A stretch of DNA of 64,000 nucleotides, taken from NCBI GenBank assembly GCA_039714075.1, contig JBDLKA010000002.1, positions 1-64,000 of the forward strand. The letters run 5' to 3'. Positions 1 to 8,623 of the stretch are shown here, in pieces. Position numbers and translations under genes: made by a program. This DNA comes from Candidatus Krumholzibacteriota bacterium (lineage in GTDB: Bacteria; Krumholzibacteriota; Krumholzibacteriia; LZORAL124-64-63). The notes beneath the pieces were generated by a model. That model did no database searches. It had not been told where the DNA came from and saw nothing but the letters and a program-made list of their open reading frames with translations. Position 1 is the stretch's first letter, and every line of letters starts with the position of its first letter.

Positions 1-22
1 GGCGATCGTTTCAGGAAAGTGT

Positions 23-99
23 GGGCGAATAGTTCAGTTGGCTAGAGCGCCTGCTTTACACGCAGGAAGTCACAGGTTCGAGTCCTGTTTCGCCCACCA
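23..99 (+). tRNA. tRNA-Val(TAC)
   Basis: Cloverleaf: acceptor GGGCGAA/TTCGCCC, anticodon arm CCTGC-TTTACAC-GCAGG, T-loop TTCGAGT, encoded 3' CCA. Confidence 0.96.
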
Positions 100-205
100 C
101 TCAATTCCTATTTTATTCAATCAGGTTGTGCCTTCGGAATTGTGTCCGACGCCGGATTGCAGGTCAGGGTGATGGAAAAAATGTGACAGCCATAACGAAA
201 TGACT

Positions 206-236
206 AAAAGAGGTGCCCCCGGGGGCACCTCTTTTT
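206..236. terminator. Bidirectional intrinsic terminator (perfect 30-bp palindrome)
   Basis: AAAAGAGGTGCCCCC/GGGGGCACCTCTTTT with A- and T-tracts, between convergent tRNA-Val and the 287..922 gene. Confidence 0.8.
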
Positions 237-286
237 GATGATTGGGTACTCAGAATAGGGACAGACGCAATTACGAAGGTACAACC

Positions 287-922
287 TTACCTATACAGTG
301 TCTTGACAGACCCGAAGGACTCATCATCAACGGGTAAGCCGCAACAGTTGTTGAAGCAAAAATAACCACCACAAGGTGTTTCGCTGTCAATGTGCATGGT
401 CCGCAATTGTCCGGGAACCGACTGGAATACCATCTCGCCAGGGATGCTTGGATCGTTGGTCGGAGACAGTGAGATCACTGTCGGCAGGGGACTGACGGTC
501 ATAAACTGGAAGGAGATCAGGGTGGCGGCCCCGCTGATCACCTCCAGGGACGTGCCCAGACTCACGATGTACTCCAGAAACCCCTGATTGATATCGCTGG
601 CGTCACCTTCATTGACGGCTGTGGGAGACAAAATTTCCGCCAGCATGAACAGAGCCGGGCCGGTGATATTCAACATGCACTCGAAGGCGTTGATGGTGGC
701 GTAAGGGGCGTCCGCGTTTTCCGCATCCGTCGGATTGATCAGAACCAGGAAGACCGAAACAGGAACACCGATATCGGTGGTACCGGTAGCGCCGGTACCA
801 TCTGCTGTCATGAAGAGACCGACTTGATTGTTCGGCAAGGACGGGAACTGAGGGAAGCCGGGCTTGGGAACCAGGAGGTAAAGCACAGCCAGCACCCAGG
901 CGGCAAAACGAATCGTTTTCAT
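287..922 (-). CDS. Secreted cohesin-like beta-sandwich protein with C-terminal ESFGSVKTLYR tail (paralog of 3235..3867)
   Basis: N-terminal signal-like segment; gapless alignment to 3235..3867 (~74% identity over 147 aa by hand count); purine-rich AAGGGGG upstream; cohesin call is by pattern only. Confidence 0.75.
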   Translation of the reverse strand: MKTIRFAAWVLAVLYLLVPKPGFPQFPSLPNNQVGLFMTADGTGATGTTDIGVPVSVFLVLINPTDAENADAPYATINAFECMLNITGPALFMLAEILSPTAVNEGDASDINQGFLEYIVSLGTSLEVISGAATLISFQFMTVSPLPTVISLSPTNDPSIPGEMVFQSVPGQLRTMHIDSETPCGGYFCFNNCCGLPVDDESFGSVKTLYR

Positions 923-1272
923 TTCCCGGCCCCCTTGATCAAATGAAGTTCAATTCAGTAAGTCCGGCAAAGCACCTCAGCCATGGCCCTGCCATATACA
1001 TATGTCACTATATGAGATTACAGTATCGTTATCAAATGCCGGAGGTCGCCTTTGAAGCATACCTTTCCCTTGGGTTGTCGGATGAGAGGGAGAGCACGCG
1101 AGCAGGAAATCACAGCTTCGAGGCTTGTTTTTGCCCACAATCAAAAAAAATAATATATAGTCAAATGCCCCATATTTTGGTCTTTAGTGGGTTTCCCACT
1201 CATTTTTTCCTCATGTAAATTGAAAATTCAGATTTTTTTTCCAATTTTCAGCAGAAGACAAGAAATAATGGG

Positions 1273-1301
1273 TTGCATTGGCTATGCCCATATGGTACTC
1301 T
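1273..1301 (+). promoter_or_regulatory. Sigma-70 promoter with extended -10 and AT-rich upstream region
   Basis: TTGCAT-N17-TACTCT with TG two bases before the -10 hexamer; A/T tracts at ~1140-1270. Confidence 0.6.
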
Positions 1302-1414
1302 AATGTTGTCAAGTGATGGACATGTGAGTGGGAAGGAGAGCTCAACGCAGTTGTCAATGTGTCCGCTTGGGTTAGCCACCCTCGCTAGAATGTGCCTTTT
1401 TTGGAGGTGTCCTA

Positions 1415-2038
1415 ATGGTTCTTAGGAAACTCATGGGTATTTTTGCTATTACCCTGATTGTTTGTGCCGCTTCGCTCGCTACCGCGGGTGTGCCGGACGT
1501 TACTCAGTGCACGGCGACTTCCGGTCATGCCGGATTTGCTGTTTTGATGAGCGTCCCCAATGGCAATGGCAATCCTTTCACCCTCGCTTCTGATGGTGTC
1601 GGGAATGTTGATGCTACGATTACCGTGGTCGTCAATGATGCTACGCCGGCCCCCATCGCCAACTATCCTTTCGAGGATATCTGGTTGATTTCCGTGGATG
1701 GCGGCATGGCTGCCTGTGTCGGTGGTGCTACCGCTGACGCCAGCACTGATGCTTTGGGCGTTACCGAGTTCCAGACTCCGCTGCAGGCGGGTGGCTGGTC
1801 CACGTCCGATTCTCGTGTCATCATCAATGGCAATGCCATTCCCGGTGACGTGTCTCTCGGACATAACAGCCCGGATCTCGATGGTAGCGGCGCGGTCAAC
1901 CTGACTGACGTCCAGATCTTCGCCGGTGACTTCTTCGACGTTGCTTACAATTTCCGGTCCGACCTGTTCTTCGACGCTGTCGTGAACCTGTCCGATCTGC
2001 CTTTGTTGGCTGCCGCCGTTGGAGCCACCTGCCCCTAG
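1415..2038 (+). CDS. Secreted protein with C-terminal dockerin-like domain
   Basis: RBS GGAGGT; signal peptide (..ASLATA); two Ca-binding loop-helix repeats SPDLDGSGAVNLTDVQIFAGDF and RSDLFFDAVVNLSDLPLLAAAV. Confidence 0.8.
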   Translation: MVLRKLMGIFAITLIVCAASLATAGVPDVTQCTATSGHAGFAVLMSVPNGNGNPFTLASDGVGNVDATITVVVNDATPAPIANYPFEDIWLISVDGGMAACVGGATADASTDALGVTEFQTPLQAGGWSTSDSRVIINGNAIPGDVSLGHNSPDLDGSGAVNLTDVQIFAGDFFDVAYNFRSDLFFDAVVNLSDLPLLAAAVGATCP

Positions 2039-2200
2039 GATTTCCCACCCGCACCCGGCTTGACCGGGTGTGACCACGGAAATTCAGGGATGTTGATATG
2101 GATGGCCCTGCTAATGCAGGTGGCGGGGCCATCGCTTCTCGCCCGATCAATTCGGCGAATTTCCAGGAAGTACCTGCTCAACTCTTTTAGGAGACACAAC

Positions 2201-2815
2201 ATGAAGAAGTTGGTAGTTCTTTTACTGGCCAGTCTGGTGGCTACGTCAGCTTTTGGTGTCGCGGATCCCGATGACAACATGATGGGGATCTACTTCGACC
2301 TGACCGCTGATACCTATTGCCTCGATACTCCGGCCAGCGTTCCCTTCATGGCCTACATCATTCTCACCCACACCACCGCTCCTTCCATCAATGCCTACGA
2401 GCTGGGCCTGACGGTTGGGGTTCCTGCCGGCATGGAAGGCATGATCTTCCGTCTGGCTTCCACCATCGCCAACGGCGTTGTCAGTGGTGTGGATGTTGGT
2501 ACCAATGGGCCTCTGGGCGGCGATTTCATCGTCGGCCTGGCTGCTCCTCTTCCGGGCGACCCCGCTGTTGTTCTGCACTCATTCCAGTACATGCTGCTGG
2601 CCGTGATGCCTGTGGAATTCTACATCGGTGCTTCCTCGGCTCCTTCCATCCCGGGTGATTTCCCCGTGGTGCAGAATGCCGACGGATCCATCCTGATGCA
2701 GGTCGGACAGTCGACTGGCGGACCGGGTACCCCGGTTGCTCTCATCAACAGCGGTTGTAATGTTGTTGGTGTCGAAGAGGCTAGCTTTGGTAGCGTCAAG
2801 AGCTTGTTCCGGTAA
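2201..2815 (+). CDS. Secreted cohesin-like protein with C-terminal ASFGSVKSLFR tail
   Basis: RBS AGGAG before ATG 2201; signal peptide MKKLVVLLLASLVATSAFG; shares G(I/L)(Y/F), IV(G/S)L, L-x-SFQ, PSI and tail motifs with the 287 and 3235 genes. Confidence 0.8.
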   Translation: MKKLVVLLLASLVATSAFGVADPDDNMMGIYFDLTADTYCLDTPASVPFMAYIILTHTTAPSINAYELGLTVGVPAGMEGMIFRLASTIANGVVSGVDVGTNGPLGGDFIVGLAAPLPGDPAVVLHSFQYMLLAVMPVEFYIGASSAPSIPGDFPVVQNADGSILMQVGQSTGGPGTPVALINSGCNVVGVEEASFGSVKSLFR

Positions 2816-2827
2816 AACGGGATAGGT

Positions 2828-2892
2828 TGCGGCTTCGGCCGCAGGACTTCGGTCCAAGAACCCGGGTGGATTTTCCACCCGGGTCTTTTTTT
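2828..2892 (+). terminator. Two C(UUCG)G hairpins followed by an intrinsic terminator
   Basis: TGCGGC-TTCG-GCCGCA, GGAC-TTCG-GTCC, then ACCCGGGTGGA-TTT-TCCACCCGGGT plus T-tract. Confidence 0.85.
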
Positions 2893-3234
2893 GCCGGTTT
2901 GTTAACCCTTGACAGACCCTCCAAATGCCCGGATATTCACTGTGTCGGATCCTATACCTGCAATGTATTTGGTTTTCTAAGGCGTTTTCAGGTGGAGGGT
3001 GGGCCAAACGGTTCAGTTTTTGCTCAAGAAATTTCGCCACAGGCCAAAAAGAGTGCTTGTAGGGCCGGAAAAGACTCAGTATCTTTTTATCGTTGTCGTG
3101 GAAAGTGTTTCCTGCTTATTGGCCCAGTCCGGACCAGGCGTGAAGGATCGTCGCTCTGGCCTGATTCGGATATTGCAGGATCGCTTAATGACCAGGGTTG
3201 AAAAATGGATTTTCCAGGAAAGGGGAATCGTAAA

Positions 3235-3867
3235 ATGAAGAAGTTGCTTTTTGCCGTGTCGGCGCTTGCCGCGCTTTCTCTGCTGGCTCCCAGCACGGGT
3301 TTCGCCCAGCACGAGAGTTCTGCCAACAACCAGTTGGGACTGTTCCTTGCCGCCGACGGAACCGGCGCCACCGGTTCGGCCGATATCGGCGTTCCGGTTT
3401 CGGTCTTCCTGGTTCTGATCAATCCGACTGACGTTGATGCCGGGGAAGCCCCTTATGCCACTCTCAACGCCTTCGAATGCATGCTGAATTTCGACGGCCC
3501 GGCCTTGTTCAAGTTGGCTGACACCTTGCCTCCCACCGCCGTCAACGTGGGTGACAACAGTGACATCAACCAGGGCTTCCTGGAGTACATCGTGGGGCTG
3601 GGCACGTCCATGGATGTGAGCGCGGCTTCAGCCACGCTGATCTCCTTCCAGTTCATGACTACCAGTCCCTTGCCGACCACGATCACGCTGACTCAGACCA
3701 GCGCTCCCAGTATCGCCAACGAGATGGCCTTCCAGTCGGTTACCGGCCAGCTGCGGGTCATGCATAATGCCAGCGGTACGAAAGACGGTATCGTGTTCGC
3801 TTTCAACGGTGAACCTGTGGCAATCGAAAACGAATCCTTCGGATCGGTCAAAGCGCTGTTCCGTTAG
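3235..3867 (+). CDS. Secreted cohesin-like protein with C-terminal ESFGSVKALFR tail
   Basis: RBS AAAGGGG before ATG 3235; signal peptide MKKLLFAVSALAALSLLAPSTGFA; beta-strand pattern resembling cohesin. Confidence 0.8.
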   Translation: MKKLLFAVSALAALSLLAPSTGFAQHESSANNQLGLFLAADGTGATGSADIGVPVSVFLVLINPTDVDAGEAPYATLNAFECMLNFDGPALFKLADTLPPTAVNVGDNSDINQGFLEYIVGLGTSMDVSAASATLISFQFMTTSPLPTTITLTQTSAPSIANEMAFQSVTGQLRVMHNASGTKDGIVFAFNGEPVAIENESFGSVKALFR

Positions 3868-3911
3868 GGAAAATTTCCCGCAATTCCGGCCTGGTCCGGT
3901 TCTGCGAGTGT

Positions 3912-3945
3912 CGAAAGGGGCGGGTTTTCCCGCCCCTTTCGTTTG
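3912..3945 (+). terminator. Intrinsic terminator
   Basis: CGAAAGGGGCGGG-TTTT-CCCGCCCCTTTCG followed by TTTG. Confidence 0.75.
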
Positions 3946-4005
3946 TCCAGGCCCCGGGGTTCGTTTGTTCTGATCCCCTGGGCCGATTTTTCCACCGGCA
4001 AGTCA

Positions 4006-4034
4006 TTGACCCCGTTCTGATTCGGTCCTATAAT
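4006..4034 (+). promoter_or_regulatory. Sigma-70 promoter for the C25 peptidase gene
   Basis: TTGACC-N17-TATAAT; this argues against the ATG at 4033 as the start codon. Confidence 0.7.
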
Positions 4035-4104
4035 GATTGTACGCCCAACCGGGCCGTGCCTGCCCCTGATCGATCATTCAACCACTTCCTTCCGGGAGAC
4101 CAGG

Positions 4105-7100
4105 ATGGGTCATTCTGTGTATAGTCTGTTTGGAAATATTATTTCCGTTGGGTTCAGGTGCGCCAAGGTGTCTGGAACCGATTCTCGATCGTTGATCCGG
4201 GTCATGCTTTGTCTATTGGCAATGGCGTCCCTGGTGCCGGGCGGAGTATTGGCCGCCGGGGATTCCACGGGGAATGCCGGCGGACAATTCAAGGTCCTGT
4301 CCAGCGGCCCGGAGGCCCTCCGGTTTTCCTTCGGCAACCTGGAGCCGGTCTGGATTCCCCGCACGGTGGGCGATCCGGCGGTAACGCTTTACGACGTGAG
4401 CATGGATGGTTTCATTTCCTCCGGGGAGCCGGGCCACCCCCGAGTGCCCCGGACCGGCGGTTGGGTCGTTGTTCCCCCGGGCACCCGACCCGAGGTCAAG
4501 CCGCTCAAGGAGCAGTGGGAGCCCGCGGGGGACCGCCCGCTGATGGTCGAAGCGGTGCCCGTGATTATCCCGGGCGGCGAACCCTGGGAAAGTTCCGCCT
4601 CCGAGATCTTCGTGATGCCGGGTGAAGAACCCCCGGCCGACGCGCGGATCCCCGCCGCCGCCGTGGAGGCCCTGGCCCGTCGGGGACAGATTCCTCCCGC
4701 CGGGGCCGTGACACTGGGCGAGGTTGTCTGGTGGCGTGGCCGGCGCATCGTGTCCTATCAGGTAACTCCCATCCGGCAGGATGCCGCAGGACGGGCGGGT
4801 CGGTATCTGGCTTCGGGTTCCTGGGAAATCCGTTTCGTGCCCGACAGCTCCGCCGGCCGGGCCATTGCCGGGGCCCAGGCCCGCAAGATCTCCAATCGGA
4901 ACGACGACCGGTTCGGCGAAATATTCCTGAATCGCGAACTTCTGACCCAATTGCCCGTGGAAGCCACGTGGCAGGGTGTCGATTTTTCAGCCGAACAGGA
5001 TGCCGAAAACAGTGCCCTGAAAAATTCGCGCGGCGGAAAAGCCGGGACCCTGCTGGGTCCGGAAACCCGGCTGGCGATGTGGAAGACCGGGCTGGTCAGA
5101 TTGACTTTTGACCGGCTGCGCTCCCGGGGCCATCTGCCGGAGGGCGTGATCCGTGAGGACCAGATCCGGCTTTTCCAGCGGCGGTACGATGCATCCCTCG
5201 ACGACGGGACCGGCCAGGCTCCCTACGTGGAAATCGAGGTTCCCCTGCACATGGTGGGTGAGGGGGACGATTTTGACGGGGACGATTATTTCGTATTCTA
5301 CGGACTGCGCTCGCGGGACGACCTGGCCTATGAGGCTGATCTCGGGAACGGGACCGTCACCATCTCCGGGGCCGGCGATGAATTCGAGATGAACAACCAG
5401 GGCAATGTCTACTGGTTGGCCGCCAGTGAGCCCGAAGCGGGCACCCCCTGGGCGCGAATGGCCACCACCACCCTGCCGGCGGCCGCGGGCACACCTTTGG
5501 CCAATTACCGCCGGGACGACCATGTCGAGGAAAACCTGGCCTTCCGGGAAAACCCGCCCGCCGGGAATGTGGATCGCCTGTACTTCAACACCTATCGCAC
5601 CTTTGACATCAGTGCGGGCCTCGATCCCCTGTGGGCTCCCGATCCGGCCGGTGCGGACGTGGACATCAAGTTGGCCATCGCCGGCTACAACGATGTGCCC
5701 CACACCCTGGGGATCGACCTGGTCACCAATTCGATTCTCACCACCCATCTGGAGAACTATTACATATCCAGAATCGAGGAGGTGCAGCGAAGTTACCGGG
5801 TTCCTGCTGCGGCCATTGACGGGGATTTCGCGGAAATCCACATCTATCGATCTCCCACCGGCCCTTTCAATGTGTACAGCTTCCTGAATTGGGTGGAGAT
5901 CTCCTACGATGCCCTGTATCAGGCCACCGGTGACAGGATCACCTTCAACGCCGGCATGGGTGTCGGCCCGCAGCCCATCGAGGTCACCGGTTTTACTTCC
6001 GCGGACATCGGTCTGGTCGAAGTGACCGATCCCAGGAACCCGGTGTTCGTGGAGCTTGCCGGCGGCAACATTACCACGACCGACAGTGTGACCTGGACCC
6101 TTTCGGTGATGCCGGATCAATCCGGGGCCACCCGTATCTTTGCCGCCGTGGGGGACTTCTCCACCTCCGGCGTGGATGAATACAACTACCTTTTGCCGAC
6201 CATTGCCGAGGACCCGACCAATCCCACCACCCTGGCGGGATCCGATCCCGACCTGGTCGTGATCGCGCATCCCGAATTCATTCCGGCTCTCGACCGCTGG
6301 GTCGAACATCGCAAGAGCAGGGCGGGGGGGAACCTCGACGTTCATGTGGTGGACGTGGATGATCTGTACGACTGGTACAGCGGCGGCATGCGGGATCCCT
6401 GGGCCCTCAAGCGGTTCGTGACGCACGCCATCACGCAATGGAACAGCTGGGCCCTGACCGTGGTGGGGGACGCCAACGAAAACTCCCTGGAGAAGGGTGT
6501 CGTGGCCTCGGCCCGCGGGTGGTCCAAGGACTGGGTGCCGACCCATTACCACTCCCAGACGGCGCTGGCGTTCACCCCCGAATTGATGGCCTCGGACAAG
6601 TGGTACACGACCCTTGAATCCGGCCAGAACTACCCGCTGGATAATTTTCCCTGGGATGTCCTGGCCCCCTGGGAAATGTACACCGGCCGTCTGCCCTGCA
6701 ATTCGGTGGCGGAACTGGACATCATGATCGACAAGATCATGACCGTGGACAACGTGGCGGCGGACCAGGCCTGGCGGCGGCGGGGCATCTTTTTCGCCGA
6801 TGACCAGTGGTCCAACGGATATGGTGCGAACAGCAGCGATGAACTCATTTACAAATGGAATGAAACCGTGTTTGCCGATAGTGAGAGGGACTCCCTTTCC
6901 CGCATGTGGAGCAGCGGATCCCCGGTGGCCCTGGACAGCATCCTGGTGCTTCTCGAGGACACCCTGGATCCGGTCATGCCGCCCTACGAGGGGTCGACAC
7001 CTGATCCCCGTGACCTGAGCTACACGCAGAGCATGGCCAGTGCCGCATCGACTCCCGTCCTCATCGGCAAGTTGAGCCAGGGGGGGCTGGTGGCTCATTA

Positions 7101-8574
7101 CCAGGGACACGCCAATCCCTACGTGCTTTCTTCGGAATACTGGCTTCAGGACAAGAACGACGTGGTGAGCCGTCTGGATGTGGCCAAGCTGGGCAATACG
7201 GACAAGCCCTGGTTTTTCATGGGAATGGGCTGTCATATCGCCGACTGGGCCCAGAATACGGTGCTGGCCACCACCCAGCCGCACGAGCGGTCGATATCCG
7301 AAAAATTCCTGATAAAACCGCGATCCGGGGCGTCGGCAGCCTATGGCAGTTCGGGATATGAATACATCTCCACGAACAGGTTGTTCGGGGAATATATTTT
7401 CCGGCGCTGGATGGTGAATCCTCCCGCGCAGCGATCGGTGGGCAACTCCCAAAACCTGCGCAGCCGCTGGGTCACTGGAGAGTTGATGTGGGCCGCAGAA
7501 GCGGACATCTACGCGGCGAACCGGGGCTCCACTGTCCAGGAGATGATATCCCAGTACGTGCTTCTGGGCGACCCGCTGATGGGACTGGATGCCGGGGAGC
7601 CCCAGGTTACGGCGTTCCTGATCGATCCCGTGGACCAGGAAATCGTGGACGGGGCGGAAATCTTCGCCCTGGACAATACCAACCTGCGCACGGTCCGCCT
7701 GTTTGCCCGCGATGAAGCCGGGATCGACCGGGTCCAGGTCGTCGATTCCCGGGGCGAGGACCTGACGGGCGGAATGGTGATAACCGAAACCCTGCCCGCG
7801 GGTGTGACGAATCACCAGAGCGTGCAACTGGACCTGTCGGTACCGGTGCGTCCTTTCGCCCATGATCTGATCGTCAAGGTCTACGACACGGGCGGCGCCC
7901 TGGAGTCGGATCGGCATTACGAACTGCTGTTGCACCTGCCGCAGACCGCCGAGTTTTCGCTCGATGGTTCCGTTGTCGATCCCGCGACATTCGTGTTTCC
8001 CGCCGAGACGCCGCTTCGTTTCCGCGCCGAGGTCACCAGCGCCGCCTGGATGCTGGGATACGATCCGGCTGTTGATTTCGAGTTGCGAAGCGTGGGCGAG
8101 ACCCTCGCCATTGCGCCGGATGTCGATTTCCAGTTGAACAAGAACCAGCATCTGACGGTGAACTTCACCGCCACGGCCGCGGTCGAGAATCCCGATGACC
8201 AGCACGTGGTGGAGCTGTTGATCAAGGGGTATCCCACGGAACTGGTCCTGCAGCAGGGGACCGGCGCGGCCACCAGCATGACCATCTCCAAGGTCTACAA
8301 TTTCCCCAATCCCATGCGGGAGAGTACCCGGTTCGTGTTCGAAAGCGGATTGGCGGCCAATGAGGGGACCATCAGGGTCTTTTCCGTTGCCGGGCGCCCG
8401 GTGGCCAGGATTCCCTTCGTGTTTTCCGGCGGCGGGTCCGGGGTTGTGGAATGGAACGGCCGGGACAGCGCCGGGGATGACATGGGGAACGGCACCTACC
8501 TCTACCGGGTGGAGATAGAGACCAACAACGGCCTGGTGGTCAGTGATATGCAACGGTTGGTGATGATGCGTTGA
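4105..8574 (+). CDS. Peptidase family C25 (gingipain/PorU-like) with propeptide and C-terminal T9SS-CTD/FlgD Ig-like domain
   Basis: C25 motifs DLVVIAHPEF, DLYDWYSGG..DP.ALKRF, YTGRLP, HYQGH (His ~7108), GMGC (Cys ~7231), YVLLGDP; C-terminus NFPNPM..IRVFSVAGRPV..WNGRDSAG..GTYLYRV; RBS GGAG before ATG 4105 (start uncertain). Confidence 0.85.
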   Translation: MGHSVYSLFGNIISVGFRCAKVSGTDSRSLIRVMLCLLAMASLVPGGVLAAGDSTGNAGGQFKVLSSGPEALRFSFGNLEPVWIPRTVGDPAVTLYDVSMDGFISSGEPGHPRVPRTGGWVVVPPGTRPEVKPLKEQWEPAGDRPLMVEAVPVIIPGGEPWESSASEIFVMPGEEPPADARIPAAAVEALARRGQIPPAGAVTLGEVVWWRGRRIVSYQVTPIRQDAAGRAGRYLASGSWEIRFVPDSSAGRAIAGAQARKISNRNDDRFGEIFLNRELLTQLPVEATWQGVDFSAEQDAENSALKNSRGGKAGTLLGPETRLAMWKTGLVRLTFDRLRSRGHLPEGVIREDQIRLFQRRYDASLDDGTGQAPYVEIEVPLHMVGEGDDFDGDDYFVFYGLRSRDDLAYEADLGNGTVTISGAGDEFEMNNQGNVYWLAASEPEAGTPWARMATTTLPAAAGTPLANYRRDDHVEENLAFRENPPAGNVDRLYFNTYRTFDISAGLDPLWAPDPAGADVDIKLAIAGYNDVPHTLGIDLVTNSILTTHLENYYISRIEEVQRSYRVPAAAIDGDFAEIHIYRSPTGPFNVYSFLNWVEISYDALYQATGDRITFNAGMGVGPQPIEVTGFTSADIGLVEVTDPRNPVFVELAGGNITTTDSVTWTLSVMPDQSGATRIFAAVGDFSTSGVDEYNYLLPTIAEDPTNPTTLAGSDPDLVVIAHPEFIPALDRWVEHRKSRAGGNLDVHVVDVDDLYDWYSGGMRDPWALKRFVTHAITQWNSWALTVVGDANENSLEKGVVASARGWSKDWVPTHYHSQTALAFTPELMASDKWYTTLESGQNYPLDNFPWDVLAPWEMYTGRLPCNSVAELDIMIDKIMTVDNVAADQAWRRRGIFFADDQWSNGYGANSSDELIYKWNETVFADSERDSLSRMWSSGSPVALDSILVLLEDTLDPVMPPYEGSTPDPRDLSYTQSMASAASTPVLIGKLSQGGLVAHYQGHANPYVLSSEYWLQDKNDVVSRLDVAKLGNTDKPWFFMGMGCHIADWAQNTVLATTQPHERSISEKFLIKPRSGASAAYGSSGYEYISTNRLFGEYIFRRWMVNPPAQRSVGNSQNLRSRWVTGELMWAAEADIYAANRGSTVQEMISQYVLLGDPLMGLDAGEPQVTAFLIDPVDQEIVDGAEIFALDNTNLRTVRLFARDEAGIDRVQVVDSRGEDLTGGMVITETLPAGVTNHQSVQLDLSVPVRPFAHDLIVKVYDTGGALESDRHYELLLHLPQTAEFSLDGSVVDPATFVFPAETPLRFRAEVTSAAWMLGYDPAVDFELRSVGETLAIAPDVDFQLNKNQHLTVNFTATAAVENPDDQHVVELLIKGYPTELVLQQGTGAATSMTISKVYNFPNPMRESTRFVFESGLAANEGTIRVFSVAGRPVARIPFVFSGGGSGVVEWNGRDSAGDDMGNGTYLYRVEIETNNGLVVSDMQRLVMMR

Positions 8575-8623
8575 CGGAACGCCGCCACGGTGGCAGGCTG
8601 ATCATCAACCTGGAAGGTGTGCC

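Noticed and set aside
943..1218. 91-aa ORF in the divergent intergenic region
   Set aside because: AT-rich promoter region with no recognisable motif or RBS.
100..1400. Integrase-driven genomic island at tRNA-Val
   Set aside because: Lower GC, but no integrase and no repeat of the tRNA 3' end seen in the window.
4987..8553. Very long antisense ORFs (also 31395-33263, 43419-45350, 51618-53360, 55823-57778 and others)
   Set aside because: Shadow frames opposite well-supported genes, expected from GC3-rich codon usage.
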